A stretch of DNA of 64,000 nt from Alphaproteobacteria bacterium (lineage in GTDB: Bacteria; Pseudomonadota; Alphaproteobacteria; Rs-D84), in contig JAVBPX010000003.1 of NCBI GenBank assembly GCA_031549365.1, positions 1 to 64,000 of the forward strand, read 5' to 3'. Under the pieces are notes generated by a model. The model was not told the origin of the DNA, ran no database searches, and was given only the letters and a program-made list of their open reading frames with translations. Both the position numbers and the translations under genes were made by a program. Below, in pieces: positions 21,701 through 28,520 of the stretch (position 1 is the first letter of the stretch; each line of letters begins with the position of its first letter).

Positions 21701-23519
21701 TGATCTGCGCAGCACCTCTGTTGCAAACGGAGCATCTACCATCAGCGTGGATTCCATAAATGCAGATGCGACCAGCAAAATATATATGGAAATATTCTCG
21801 AATAAACAAAACGATACAATCAACGTGTCTGGCGCAGCATTATTAAATGGCGAATTGCACGTCCGCGTAGGGGTCGGGACGTATCGAAACGTAACATTTA
21901 CTTTGTTAAATGCAGATTCTTTATCTGGGGATTTAATTGACGATATAACCAGCGGCAACGATCCAACATTGGCATTCATTGATGCAGCGAACATTATCGA
22001 CGGACGTTATGATTATAAATACGATGCAGACTCTAATACTATTACATTGTTTTTTAATGGTATTAACGCAAGTAATTTCAAAAGCATGCCTAACCTATCC
22101 TTTAACCAGATGGAAACTGGGGGCGCGCTTGATATAATTTCCAGAACGGCGGTTGGTGATATAACTACTGTTATTAATGATATGATTGACTTGAATGACG
22201 AGGCCGTTACACGCAGCATGCTGGGTGAACTATCCCCATACTTTATCGCAAATATCTTGCGTCCAACAACAGATAACGCGAATCGAACTCATCTGTATGG
22301 CCGAATAAAAGAATATTGTAAAGATTGTTCTGGCAACGGTTTGTGGATTGATGGAGGAATGAATAATTATAACGTTGGTTCAGATGAAAATTCCATTGGC
22401 GACGCAGCCGACACAATAACCAGCGTATCATTTGGATATGACCATTATTTCCCAGAATCTGAAATTGTTCTGGGGGCGTTCGGAAAATTTGCCCCAGAAA
22501 CAGTAACCCAGGGCGAACATAACGCCGATATCCAGTCCATGGGCGGAGGAATCTATTTTGGGTTGTTGCGCGACAGTTGGGATATTAAATCGTTTGCAAG
22601 CATCAGCATGAACAGCTATGCCACATCCCGAAAGATTTATAACGATGCCCTGAATATTGATCGGGTTGCAACGGCGGACTTTGGTGGTTTCGCAGCGGAT
22701 GCAGATTTGGAATTTGGGTATAAATTTAAATTATCTGATACGTTTGTTTTACGTCCTTATGCTGGCGGATCGGTACAGATGCTCTCCTATGACGATTTTA
22801 CTGAAACTGGCGCGGATTCTCTGAGCATGGATGTTACTGGGGGTTCGAATATGGGCATGGCGGCACGCGGCGGTTTGGGATTGGAACAAAAACTGGCCCA
22901 GATGTCGTGGTATTTGTCTGCGGAATATGACATATTAATGTCTGGAAATTATATTGAATTGGAAACAAAATTTGTTGATACAGATGTACCATTCCTGTCC
23001 CGCGGTGCGGATATCGGAACCGGAGTAATTGCTGTAAACGCAGGCATAGATTATAATATAACAGACAGGTTTAATGTTTACGCCAGCGCAAATTACAGTA
23101 TGGGCGACAATTTTGATGGATATGGGGCACGTTTGGGCTTCAGATATACTTTCTGTTCTGACAAAAATATCGCAAATATACCATTAACTGCGACCCGTGT
23201 TGGCGGACCATACTATTCGACAGACAAGTATAAATTGACCAAATCATCCAAAAACGCCATCCAAGATATTGTCAACGAATACAAAGATACGGCTGTAAAA
23301 TTCGTAGTCGAAGGCCACGCGGATTCATTCGGAACCGAAAAATCCAATCTGAACATTTCTGAAAAGCGTGCACACGAGGTTGCGAAATACATGCTGGATT
23401 TGGGTATATCCCCGGACAAAATCGAACATCGCGGCGTCGGTTCCAGCGACCCAGAGGCCAGCAGTCTGTACCCTGCTGGACGCGGACGCAACCGCCGAGT
23501 AGATATTATGATGTTTTAA
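12765..23519 (+). CDS. giant autotransporter adhesin with Pmp-like GGAI/FxxN repeats and C-terminal OmpA domain (~3,584 aa)
   Basis: Signal peptide MLKKLNSFLG..PAQA from ATG 12765; dozens of FxxN..GGAIY repeats; barrel ending GARLGFRYTF (~22340-23153); VEGHADSFG..NLNISEKRA..NRRVDI. Confidence 0.9.
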   Translation: MLKKLNSFLGFFAYFSVFLYTAGPAQATDWHVPTDSLQTAIENATDDDNIIIDAEVTSNLALTPTPFVIDKKLHYSSNPPGPYAINMYVSAVADSNRHFNFSSGASGTTFTNLALNNIMNVGLSAAISMGGAIYTDGADLTLNGVTFGGTRGNRVADAGGAIYSINGNLVINDGSRFSTSSALSATSTGGAIYIESATLEINDSVNFTTNKAALGGAIYAKDTAITLTGNTNFTSNAATGGLNLGGAIYSDGGDITIDAATFNLNTATNGAGIYITGADIDITGAASFTSNTATESGGAIYSDGDYITIGDGVYFISNKAKIGGAIYAKDVLITLNGANIFTSNAATGGLNLGGAIYSDGGDITIDTATFNLNTATNGAGIYITGADIDITGAASFTSNTATNLGGAIYSDDGDITISYGTSFTSNKAANGGAIYINSGNLDIDTATFASNTGTTAGGAIFAQGDGITMNIAGIDGNDMAIFQGNISSGNLDSVRKIGAGAIFFDGITAVTDASFDSGFDPSACALCISYTKFDSNKANASVGGAMYINNTTATILNSEFSSNTTGVNGGTMGAAIYNGPGAKTYIENTSFIGNSTIASAAYGGAIYNSGFMKLVNVTVSGNSAKTWGGAVLSGGNFNNGEAEFSPEITVIDSYFYQNLSIGGGGAFGSADNSARADVINTKFIENSAQHGGAIYNETVVNIKDSEFTNNIGTNGGTGGGAIWSGANWAIGEKLDLTVDNSTFTGNRTSSAGGAIYLNISSTTTTDPRFPDWKYPDTNTTRITNSSFNNNLTTGTGNGGAIYANVSLGGSLIQDRKLILDIDTVTFDGNSSGGNGGAIFISTEYADTANNKVGTATLTINDTDFTNNVAATNGGAIYGSMTRAGSELNITLSDVDFDSNTAGTSGGALYLSGQSATTRQNTTISNSTFDNNKVRRIAVIGASYTLSGGAINNAQNSDLIFIGNHEFNANNIDGSLTNTGTGTANFSLTMNAYGSAIYNATNSTIDFGTFVFEFNENFAESVVNATNSGTFVSTSTANAHGGAFYNSVNTTIEFNPGSVFDENSVYAEANSTNTGTGAANATANAYGGAIYNSAAGIINIQNSSIFVNNAAAAVATSTGSGTKTTNANAYGGAIYNTGTNSEINIMGLEKTGIDETRVVFRGNSVIGGAANTFGGAIYNAAKLNITYALFENNLSSGLGGAIYSANLPITFDEIEFSGNSSDVAGGALYINVAAGTFNLNNVTFTSNSSLDGGAFYSKMATNVSDTVSFTDNTATGFGGAWYINSGTVNLNAATFTGNSAATGGGAIYNNGTLNVNGGTTFANNSSTTAGGAIYTMQNLTLNSTAGNINFTNNTVAGVGNDIYINGITARTITINGTTNNVIMNGGFATNGTPNSGNHTITKTNAGNLLVTGDNFGFTGTSTISGGQAIIDGKWINGLTTVNNALLRVTSETVHERVTVANSAGIFEHLSNSLTRSDIANTNFKFSVGSGATMKFMADSSLVGQLAKYNLANNLAFTLVGTNNVLFKDSDVTFGINSYLKNSNGWINYTFQDSVINLGNAAIETTSFQQITLDNAKLSFDVGFKTDGTIDSDKIAITTLGGENTIKLGNVYSVNGQNDNGLTQVYTSQVLMPTGLNFDSSLTTTVKSDIYEYLATVSGKNVTLTVIGAADENSLYAANAQTGTRSFNMTYFTATPYTYNIGQNLGATSNGTFNVVGNSAATSIISGILVDSDGTPIGGKGSFFDVSGTTNLTLEAISIVDAYKLGDGSVLSVNGGGSTINLNSLTLANNEATANGGAIYNSGVITVTGNSSFENNIAGLNGGAIYNSGTLFLNSNTGNIVFSGNTATGDGNDIYNNSGTININGTGNDVIFNGGIAGNGTINKSGAGRLVINADVSDFNGIFAQSAGTTIFSDVMFDGNINVSGGTVEIANGGEFSNNSVLGLSSGGTLNITTGSNIILTGGNLTGLSGTYGTVNKSGAMDLILDGNNSVFRGIYNQTAGRTLVDSTSLMFNGTNNISNSILEISALTVYEKANIGNNGQLIHTAEIAITSAINDGNTNLQFIGTGGSMLFDASTSLANGTNYNLANKIDNGNSNTVTFSKSNVLLGATDYTGGTTYAFSNSTIDLNSGALNNVVFSKTKLTNAKLSFDTRFAMSGSDPVLTSDTFNAGTLSGDSTINIGIIRILNDDADTGLSGMYTSQVLSDSSSLTFGGSLDTMYLSTNVYEYEVTTNGKNVQLSVVNAADINSLYRMNDTANKRGFNISYFSGSAVYYNIGQSLGITKDGEFIVQGFDNDPEHGIISGEIVDQNGDSTDSYGSFFKLAGATIFTLKNLTIEDAYSVGSGSVLSVTGAASSALVENMILQNNESVGNGGAVYATAGELHIGQAIFDSNKSGANGGAIYNSGNTSSVGTTKFETNVAVSTGGAIYNSGTISFADLVEFISNRSVDGAAVYNTGTTGFNGVTNIQSNIATGNGALYNSGNTTFYNEVNMIANSSLNGGAVYTNGGLLSLRALANFENNNATTSGGAWYINSGTITVLDELILDSNSANAGNGGAVYVSNGGTLNINGDATISDNDALSGFGGGIYLAGNMNLGGTSATDIVFSGNSDSSGLNDVHIANTGVLSAIGSGTYSFDGGISGDTGSAISVSGAGARFSAEMTDFIGNYTQSGTLSLSQIYGILNANYTITNGVAQFIDSGLSAGKTITVNGNGIAQYLGLNSDNLGTVTGSGTLVVANTLTNTGTIDVGTLRINFDTINDGTIDSDSTIINADVTNNSAISGTGTTTIMDGANLLNLGTIQQNRLIINSGAITETIADDLTIANGITNNGTLIFNGGTNANVISGSGLLQIIDDVNNTALISIGDVEIISGKEFNSNASKISASNAIQNQGLLNLYGNGTWTSAVTGTDGTTTFGNGTLNNTATIQQKGLVVNGDGIFITDGGLIQTGDDGIIVNGTLNVTRGNLTAQTISLVSSGPSDVPTFDLRSTSVANGASTISVDSINADATSKIYMEIFSNKQNDTINVSGAALLNGELHVRVGVGTYRNVTFTLLNADSLSGDLIDDITSGNDPTLAFIDAANIIDGRYDYKYDADSNTITLFFNGINASNFKSMPNLSFNQMETGGALDIISRTAVGDITTVINDMIDLNDEAVTRSMLGELSPYFIANILRPTTDNANRTHLYGRIKEYCKDCSGNGLWIDGGMNNYNVGSDENSIGDAADTITSVSFGYDHYFPESEIVLGAFGKFAPETVTQGEHNADIQSMGGGIYFGLLRDSWDIKSFASISMNSYATSRKIYNDALNIDRVATADFGGFAADADLEFGYKFKLSDTFVLRPYAGGSVQMLSYDDFTETGADSLSMDVTGGSNMGMAARGGLGLEQKLAQMSWYLSAEYDILMSGNYIELETKFVDTDVPFLSRGADIGTGVIAVNAGIDYNITDRFNVYASANYSMGDNFDGYGARLGFRYTFCSDKNIANIPLTATRVGGPYYSTDKYKLTKSSKNAIQDIVNEYKDTAVKFVVEGHADSFGTEKSNLNISEKRAHEVAKYMLDLGISPDKIEHRGVGSSDPEASSLYPAGRGRNRRVDIMMF
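13392..14039 (+). repeat. intragenic tandem duplication, 2 x 324 bp (108 aa)
   Basis: AACAAGGC (NKA) recurs at 13392, 13716 and 14040; near-identical central DNA. Confidence 0.9.
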
Positions 23520-23562
23520 TCATAATCAAAGAGAGCATACTTCAATGTAAAAACAAACGGCA

Positions 23563-23596
23563 AAAATTTACCACCGGTCCAACCGGTGGTAGTTTT
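23563..23596 (+). terminator. intrinsic terminator of the autotransporter gene
   Basis: TACCACCGGT-CCA-ACCGGTGGTA followed by GTTTT. Confidence 0.8.
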
Positions 23597-23598
23597 AT

Positions 23599-23644
23599 AG
23601 CAAAAATGCCGCATATAAATGCGACTTTAATTGAATCTGGTCGG
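23599..23644 (-). repeat. degenerate direct repeat of tRNA-Pro 3' end plus terminator (att-like), copy 1; copy 2 at 24488-24534
   Basis: AGCAAAAATGCCGCA..TGCGACTTT..AATCTGGTCGG versus AGCAAAAAAGCCGCA..TGCGACTTT..AATCATGGTCGG. Confidence 0.7.
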
Positions 23645-23705
23645 TCGTTAATCTGTTGCTAACTTTCCCATACCCAAATTGATAAACCTGTGATATAATA
23701 CGAGC

Positions 23706-24374
23706 ATGATTGAACGAGTTACTGTTGTTATCGATGATGAATTTATTTCAACTTGGAAAGGTAAATCCTATCCACTTGGCAATGCCGATTTGGGCGGCAC
23801 AAAAATAACTATTCGTAATTTTGTTCCAAAAGATAAAAATAATACAATACAAGTCAATCTCGCCAATCGCATGAATGCCGCCGCAAAGAATACCGAGGCC
23901 CATGAAAAACAACATGTCCACAATAGCGCTGTAAATATCATTAAATGGGCAAATTCGATCAATGAAGTGGCTTTAATGGGCTTTTTGAACGAAGTGTCTG
24001 CACATCTTGCCGGCGAATTATCAGATAAAGAACCCAACAGCACAAACGTTTTCGAGGCTTTGATGAAATCAATGTCGGACGCAGCGACAGAAATATACAT
24101 GAATAAATTGTACCCATCAATAATTGATAAATTTCTGATTAAAAAACCAAATTCATTTATGAGTATAGAAGTACGCAAAGATGTTATTAAAAAAGCTATG
24201 GCTTGCTATTTTGACATAATTGCTAAAGGACAAGTGTTAGACAATTTAGATAAATCACAGATTATAAGATTCCAAACCGCATATATGAAAATCAAAGATA
24301 AATTGAATATGCTGTCGCAAAATAAACGCGCCGATTATTTTCGTTCCCATCAAGGAAGTAGCATCGACTATTGA
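23706..24374 (+). CDS. hypothetical protein with HExxH zincin-like motif
   Basis: AHEKQH plus downstream NEVSA; TGATATAAT lies 6 nt before the ATG. Confidence 0.7.
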   Translation: MIERVTVVIDDEFISTWKGKSYPLGNADLGGTKITIRNFVPKDKNNTIQVNLANRMNAAAKNTEAHEKQHVHNSAVNIIKWANSINEVALMGFLNEVSAHLAGELSDKEPNSTNVFEALMKSMSDAATEIYMNKLYPSIIDKFLIKKPNSFMSIEVRKDVIKKAMACYFDIIAKGQVLDNLDKSQIIRFQTAYMKIKDKLNMLSQNKRADYFRSHQGSSIDY

Positions 24375-24462
24375 CTCCTCGAAAATGGGCATTGTATAGA
24401 AAGGGGTATATTTATGGCAGAATTGGGCATAATAATCCCTATACCAAAGTCAATACAAACAC

Positions 24463-24485
24463 AAAGCCCGCGAACAGCGGGCTTT
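24463..24485 (+). terminator. intrinsic terminator-like hairpin
   Basis: AAAGCCCGC-GAACA-GCGGGCTTT. Confidence 0.65.
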
Positions 24486-24527
24486 ACAGCAAAAAAGCCG
24501 CAATTGACTTGCGACTTTTATAAATCA

Positions 24528-24604
24528 TGGTCGGAGTGGCGGGGTTCGAACCCACGACCTCTGCGTCCCGAACGCAGCACTCTACCAGGCTGAGCTACAC
24601 TCCG
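24528..24604 (-). tRNA. tRNA-Pro(CGG)
   Basis: Reverse complement CGGAGTGTAGCTCAGCCTGGTAGAG..CTGCG-TTCGGGA-CGCAG..GTTCGAACC..CACTCCGACCA. Confidence 0.97.
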
Positions 24605-24665
24605 ATATTTGCAAATATAATTCAAACAGATGATGTTCGCAACGATTATTTTTACAACCCCGGGT

Positions 24666-24681
24666 TGTTTCATGTGAAATA
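24666..24681. other. parS-like site
   Basis: TGTTTCATGTGAAATA, 14/16 match to TGTTTCACGTGAAACA, in an AT-rich intergenic region. Confidence 0.4.
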
Positions 24682-25031
24682 AATCTTGAAGTCTGAAATT
24701 TTTATATCATTAAAATATTATCATTCCCATTCAATATTTAAATATTTTATATAAATGATTTCACGTAAAGCCACTCCCCCGACGGCAATATTTTCGTCAA
24801 CATATTTTTCATTTTATTGCGCATAAAATCATAATGTTTCCTTTTTGTCATGTTTTTATTGCTGTATTTTCAAAATATTATTCGTTTATTTTTCATTTTT
24901 TGAACCTTTTTCACGTGTCCAGTTTTTGTATATACAAATGATAAAATGATATATACACGGTAAAAAATGCAGCTGGATTTTTATTTATACCTGCCCTATA
25001 ATGGATATGTTGAAAATAAGAGGAAATAAAA

Positions 25032-25403
25032 ATGGCAAATGCAAAATCAAAAACAACCGCAAAAAAGTCCACGGCAAATAACAGCTCATTAATATTTTGT
25101 TGTGATTGCGGTACAAAAATCAGTCGCAATGCCGTAATATGTCCAAAATGTGGCGCGCCAAATTTACAAAACCCGGGTTATGGTCAAAAAAACAAATGGG
25201 TTGCGGCAATTTTGGCTTGGTTTTTGGGATTATTGGGAATTCATCGTTTTTATATGGGTAAAAATGGATCCGCATTGGCCATGTTATTATTAACATTGAC
25301 CGTATTTGGAATTTTTATCACCATGATTTGGTCTTTGGTTGATTTTGTACGTTTGTTATGTATGACCGACGCCGAATTCCAACAATATGTGGAACAAAAG
25401 TAA
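25032..25403 (+). CDS. zinc-ribbon + TM2 domain membrane protein
   Basis: FCCDCG..CPKCGA and KNKWVAAILAWFLGLLGIHRFYMG; SD GAGG. Confidence 0.9.
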   Translation: MANAKSKTTAKKSTANNSSLIFCCDCGTKISRNAVICPKCGAPNLQNPGYGQKNKWVAAILAWFLGLLGIHRFYMGKNGSALAMLLLTLTVFGIFITMIWSLVDFVRLLCMTDAEFQQYVEQK

Positions 25404-25523
25404 AAGGGGGAACCATGGCTGATTACGATTAGGGCGGAGAAGATCCTTTGCCCTCGGCGCGGGGACCGGGAATAAATAGATGCCAAAATATCCTCTGGAT
25501 GACTGAAATTCAAAATTATTTCA

Positions 25524-26210
25524 TCATTTAAACAAATATAATTCGCGGGCGGAATAAACCGTTGGGCCCGATACCAATAAATGGTCCAGCAAATCAATGT
25601 CTTGGTGTGATAATGCATCGCGCAATGAAATTGTCATTTCAATATCTGCGGATGAAAACGAGGTCAATCCCGTTGGATGGTTATGAACCAATATAATTGC
25701 GGCCGCACCCAAATTTAATGCACGTTTTGTAATTTCACGCGGATAAATTGTTGCCCAATTAATCGTTCCTGTTGCGTGTGTTTCGTCCAAAATCAATTGG
25801 CGGGCCGAATTCAGGTACATAACATGAAATTCTTCGACCGTTTTGCCGTGCAATTCAGATTTTACATATTCGCGTAACCGTTCCATATTTTGAAAAATCG
25901 GGGCATCGCGCAATTCGGACACAAATGAACGCATCATTAAATCATGAATTACTTTCAATAATGTCGCTGTATTTTCGGCAACGCCCGGAATCGACATCAA
26001 ATCATTTATATCTGCATGGATTACGGCGCGAATGTTTCCGAATTTATTCAATAAATCCTTGGCCAGGGGTTTTACATCCGTACGCGGGATTGCGTACATT
26101 AATAATAATTCCAAAACTTCGTAATCGGGCAATTTTGATCCAGCGCGGAATTTTTCCCGCAACCGTTCGCGATGTCCGACATAATGTGGTTCGGAATTAT
26201 TTTTAACCAT
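25524..26210 (-). CDS. radC: RadC / JAB-domain protein
   Basis: GHRERLR..YEVLELLL, IYPREI, HNHPTG..FSSAD, LLDH. Confidence 0.93.
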   Translation of the reverse strand: MVKNNSEPHYVGHRERLREKFRAGSKLPDYEVLELLLMYAIPRTDVKPLAKDLLNKFGNIRAVIHADINDLMSIPGVAENTATLLKVIHDLMMRSFVSELRDAPIFQNMERLREYVKSELHGKTVEEFHVMYLNSARQLILDETHATGTINWATIYPREITKRALNLGAAAIILVHNHPTGLTSFSSADIEMTISLRDALSHQDIDLLDHLLVSGPTVYSARELYLFK

Positions 26211-26993
26211 TTATTCCCCGCCCATCCCCGGTTCGAATTGTTTTTCTGTGAATATCATGGCGCCGTCCTCGGTTATGCCAATCGTGTGTTCCCATTGCGC
26301 GGATAATCCACCATCGGCCGTGCGGGCGGTCCAACCATCAGCGTCGATTTTATATTGTTCGGTTCCAGTATTAATCATTGGTTCAATTGTGAAAACCATG
26401 CCGGGAACCATTTTAATTTTATCGTACATCGGTTCATAATAATGCAAAATTTGTGGGTTGTCGTGCATAACTTTGCCAATACCGTGGCCAACAAAATCAC
26501 GCGCAATGCCAAATTTATATGGTTTTACAATTCGTTCGATTGTTTTTCCAATTTCGGATAACGGAACATCCGGGCCACAAATTGAAATGGCAGCCATCAA
26601 TGAATCGTATGATGCGCGCATGACGTCTTCGGCCATTTGCGAAACCCGTCCCACACGATACATCCGCGAAGTATCGCCATGATAACCACGATGCTGTACG
26701 GTAACGTCAATGTTTAAAATGTCGCCCTCTTTCAAAATTATCTTGTCCGATGGAATGCCATGGCAAATTACATCGTTCAATGAAATACAGCATGATTTTG
26801 GAAAACCGTGATAACCCAATGAAGACGAAGTCGCATCATTTTGTTTAATAAATTTTGCAATTAAATCATCCAATTCCGCTGTTGATACGCCCGGCTTTAT
26901 ATGCGGTTCAATAAATTCCAGTGCACGTCGTGCGATATCACTCGCCTTTAATATTCGTTTAAAATCTTTTGGAGGATAAACCGAGCTGACCAT
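26211..26993 (-). CDS. map: methionine aminopeptidase type I
   Basis: CHGIP, NIDVT..GYHGDTSR, GHGIG..HDNP, FTIEPMIN, SAQWEHT; start chosen by SD GAAGGGG. Confidence 0.96.
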   Translation of the reverse strand: MVSSVYPPKDFKRILKASDIARRALEFIEPHIKPGVSTAELDDLIAKFIKQNDATSSSLGYHGFPKSCCISLNDVICHGIPSDKIILKEGDILNIDVTVQHRGYHGDTSRMYRVGRVSQMAEDVMRASYDSLMAAISICGPDVPLSEIGKTIERIVKPYKFGIARDFVGHGIGKVMHDNPQILHYYEPMYDKIKMVPGMVFTIEPMINTGTEQYKIDADGWTARTADGGLSAQWEHTIGITEDGAMIFTEKQFEPGMGGE

Positions 26994-26997
26994 TTTA

Positions 26998-28035
26998 TTA
27001 ACCCCTTCGTTTTTTAGCATTTAATTTCGCAGCGTATATTGCCATTTTCAAGCTGAAATCGGCAATCACAATTTCCCCAGGCATACCTGTTGTTTTGCAT
27101 TTCTTTTCCACCTGGACCAATTTGTCCAACATGGATATTATTTCAGAGGCTGGCCAAAAACGGGCCTGATTCACCATTTGGTTTTCATATTTAAAAAATA
27201 CAGCCGGACGCAATTGTTTGACCGCCATTGGCGCCACAGCATCCGACGTTACAACCGTTAATAAACGTTTCATATGATTTGTTAATGCACGCGACATTTG
27301 AACAGGAACTGCGCCATCGGCCAACAAACGATCCATTGCATTTAACATTTGCATCATATGGCCAGATGCAACGCCAAACACAAATTCATCCATTGATGCA
27401 ACACCGGAATCGCCCAAACATTTTTCAACAGAATCCAATGTAATATGTTTTGTATCATTTACATATAATGACAATTTATTTATGTATGATCGTGTCATAC
27501 CGCGATCCTCGCCCAGATGTTGGCACATATATGTCATGGCGTCTGAATCAATTTTTGTAATTCCCAATTCGCGCAACATTTCGGTAATTACCGTTATCAG
27601 AGTTCCGCCGTCATCAAAATAACAAGCCATGGCGCCGAATGTTGTGCCGTCTTCGAATAATGGTCGCAATTTTCCGCCGGATGTTTTTGGCTTTAAATTA
27701 TCGGATGCAACAATTATAAATGCGTCCAAAGACGAGTGCGAACATAATTCTGAAATAATTGTGGCATGAGAATCAGATGCGCCACGAATAATTATTAAAC
27801 GGCGACCACCCAGTAATGATGGGGTAAATGCTTCGGCAAAAATTTGGTCCGCCCGATCTTTTAAGTCATGGGCATCAACAACCGAAACATTCATTTGTTC
27901 AATACCAATGGATTCCGCCATTTGATCGGTTAATTCATCGACCTGACCCGCGTCCGGACCATAAATTAATACAGCCTGGACACCGGCGCAACGTCGGGCA
28001 CATGCTGATTTAAAATCGTTTATCTTCCATTTCAT
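26998..28035 (-). CDS. holA: DNA polymerase III delta subunit
   Basis: AVLIYGPDAG, SLLGGRRLI, RPAVFFK, CKTTG; follows lptE. Confidence 0.9.
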   Translation of the reverse strand: MKWKINDFKSACARRCAGVQAVLIYGPDAGQVDELTDQMAESIGIEQMNVSVVDAHDLKDRADQIFAEAFTPSLLGGRRLIIIRGASDSHATIISELCSHSSLDAFIIVASDNLKPKTSGGKLRPLFEDGTTFGAMACYFDDGGTLITVITEMLRELGITKIDSDAMTYMCQHLGEDRGMTRSYINKLSLYVNDTKHITLDSVEKCLGDSGVASMDEFVFGVASGHMMQMLNAMDRLLADGAVPVQMSRALTNHMKRLLTVVTSDAVAPMAVKQLRPAVFFKYENQMVNQARFWPASEIISMLDKLVQVEKKCKTTGMPGEIVIADFSLKMAIYAAKLNAKKRRG

Positions 28036-28517
28036 TTGTTTTTCATTATCGCCTGAATTCTGGTTCCAATTCGATCACCCAACACACGCACCGCGTTGGT
28101 TTCGGCCATTGTTTGCGAGGCCTGGGCCGCGATTAAATCCTGGACAAAAGTATACGATTCAGATGCTGTTTCAGATCCGGTCAATATAACATTACCTGTT
28201 TTTGCATCGCGTAGGGTATAATCCGCAGTAAATCGTAATTCCATCCAAGATGCATCACCTGTTTTTTGGATCGCCTTGTAAATTGTTTCCGGCCCGTTTA
28301 ATTTAACAGTCAATTCAGATGTCGCAGGATTCGGATCGCCCAACGGATTTAAACGTGTGCGCAAACGATTTCGCATTTCAATTCCGTTTGTCCCAACAAT
28401 TGGTTTTACAAATATGCCCGCTGTTTTATCGGACACATTGTTGGCGTCATCGTACATTGGCGTAAAACCGCAAGATACAGCGAATATTGACACAATCAGA
28501 ATCAAAAACTTTTTCAT
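28032..28517 (-). CDS. lptE: LPS assembly lipoprotein LptE-like
   Basis: AVS-CGFTPMY lipobox; located between leuS and holA. Confidence 0.8.
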   Translation of the reverse strand: MKKFLILIVSIFAVSCGFTPMYDDANNVSDKTAGIFVKPIVGTNGIEMRNRLRTRLNPLGDPNPATSELTVKLNGPETIYKAIQKTGDASWMELRFTADYTLRDAKTGNVILTGSETASESYTFVQDLIAAQASQTMAETNAVRVLGDRIGTRIQAIMKNK

Positions 28518-28520
28518 CTA

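Noticed and set aside
24414-24593. 59-codon ORF with SD AAGGGG
   Set aside because: It runs through a terminator and antisense through the tRNA; at most the 5' stub of a deleted gene.
25405-25496. Assignment as SRP RNA, 6S RNA, pistol or hammerhead ribozyme
   Set aside because: Diagnostic motifs are absent (CAGG..GGAA..AGCAG; CUGANGA/GAAA; pistol P1 and AAAUA), so it is kept only as an unassigned candidate.
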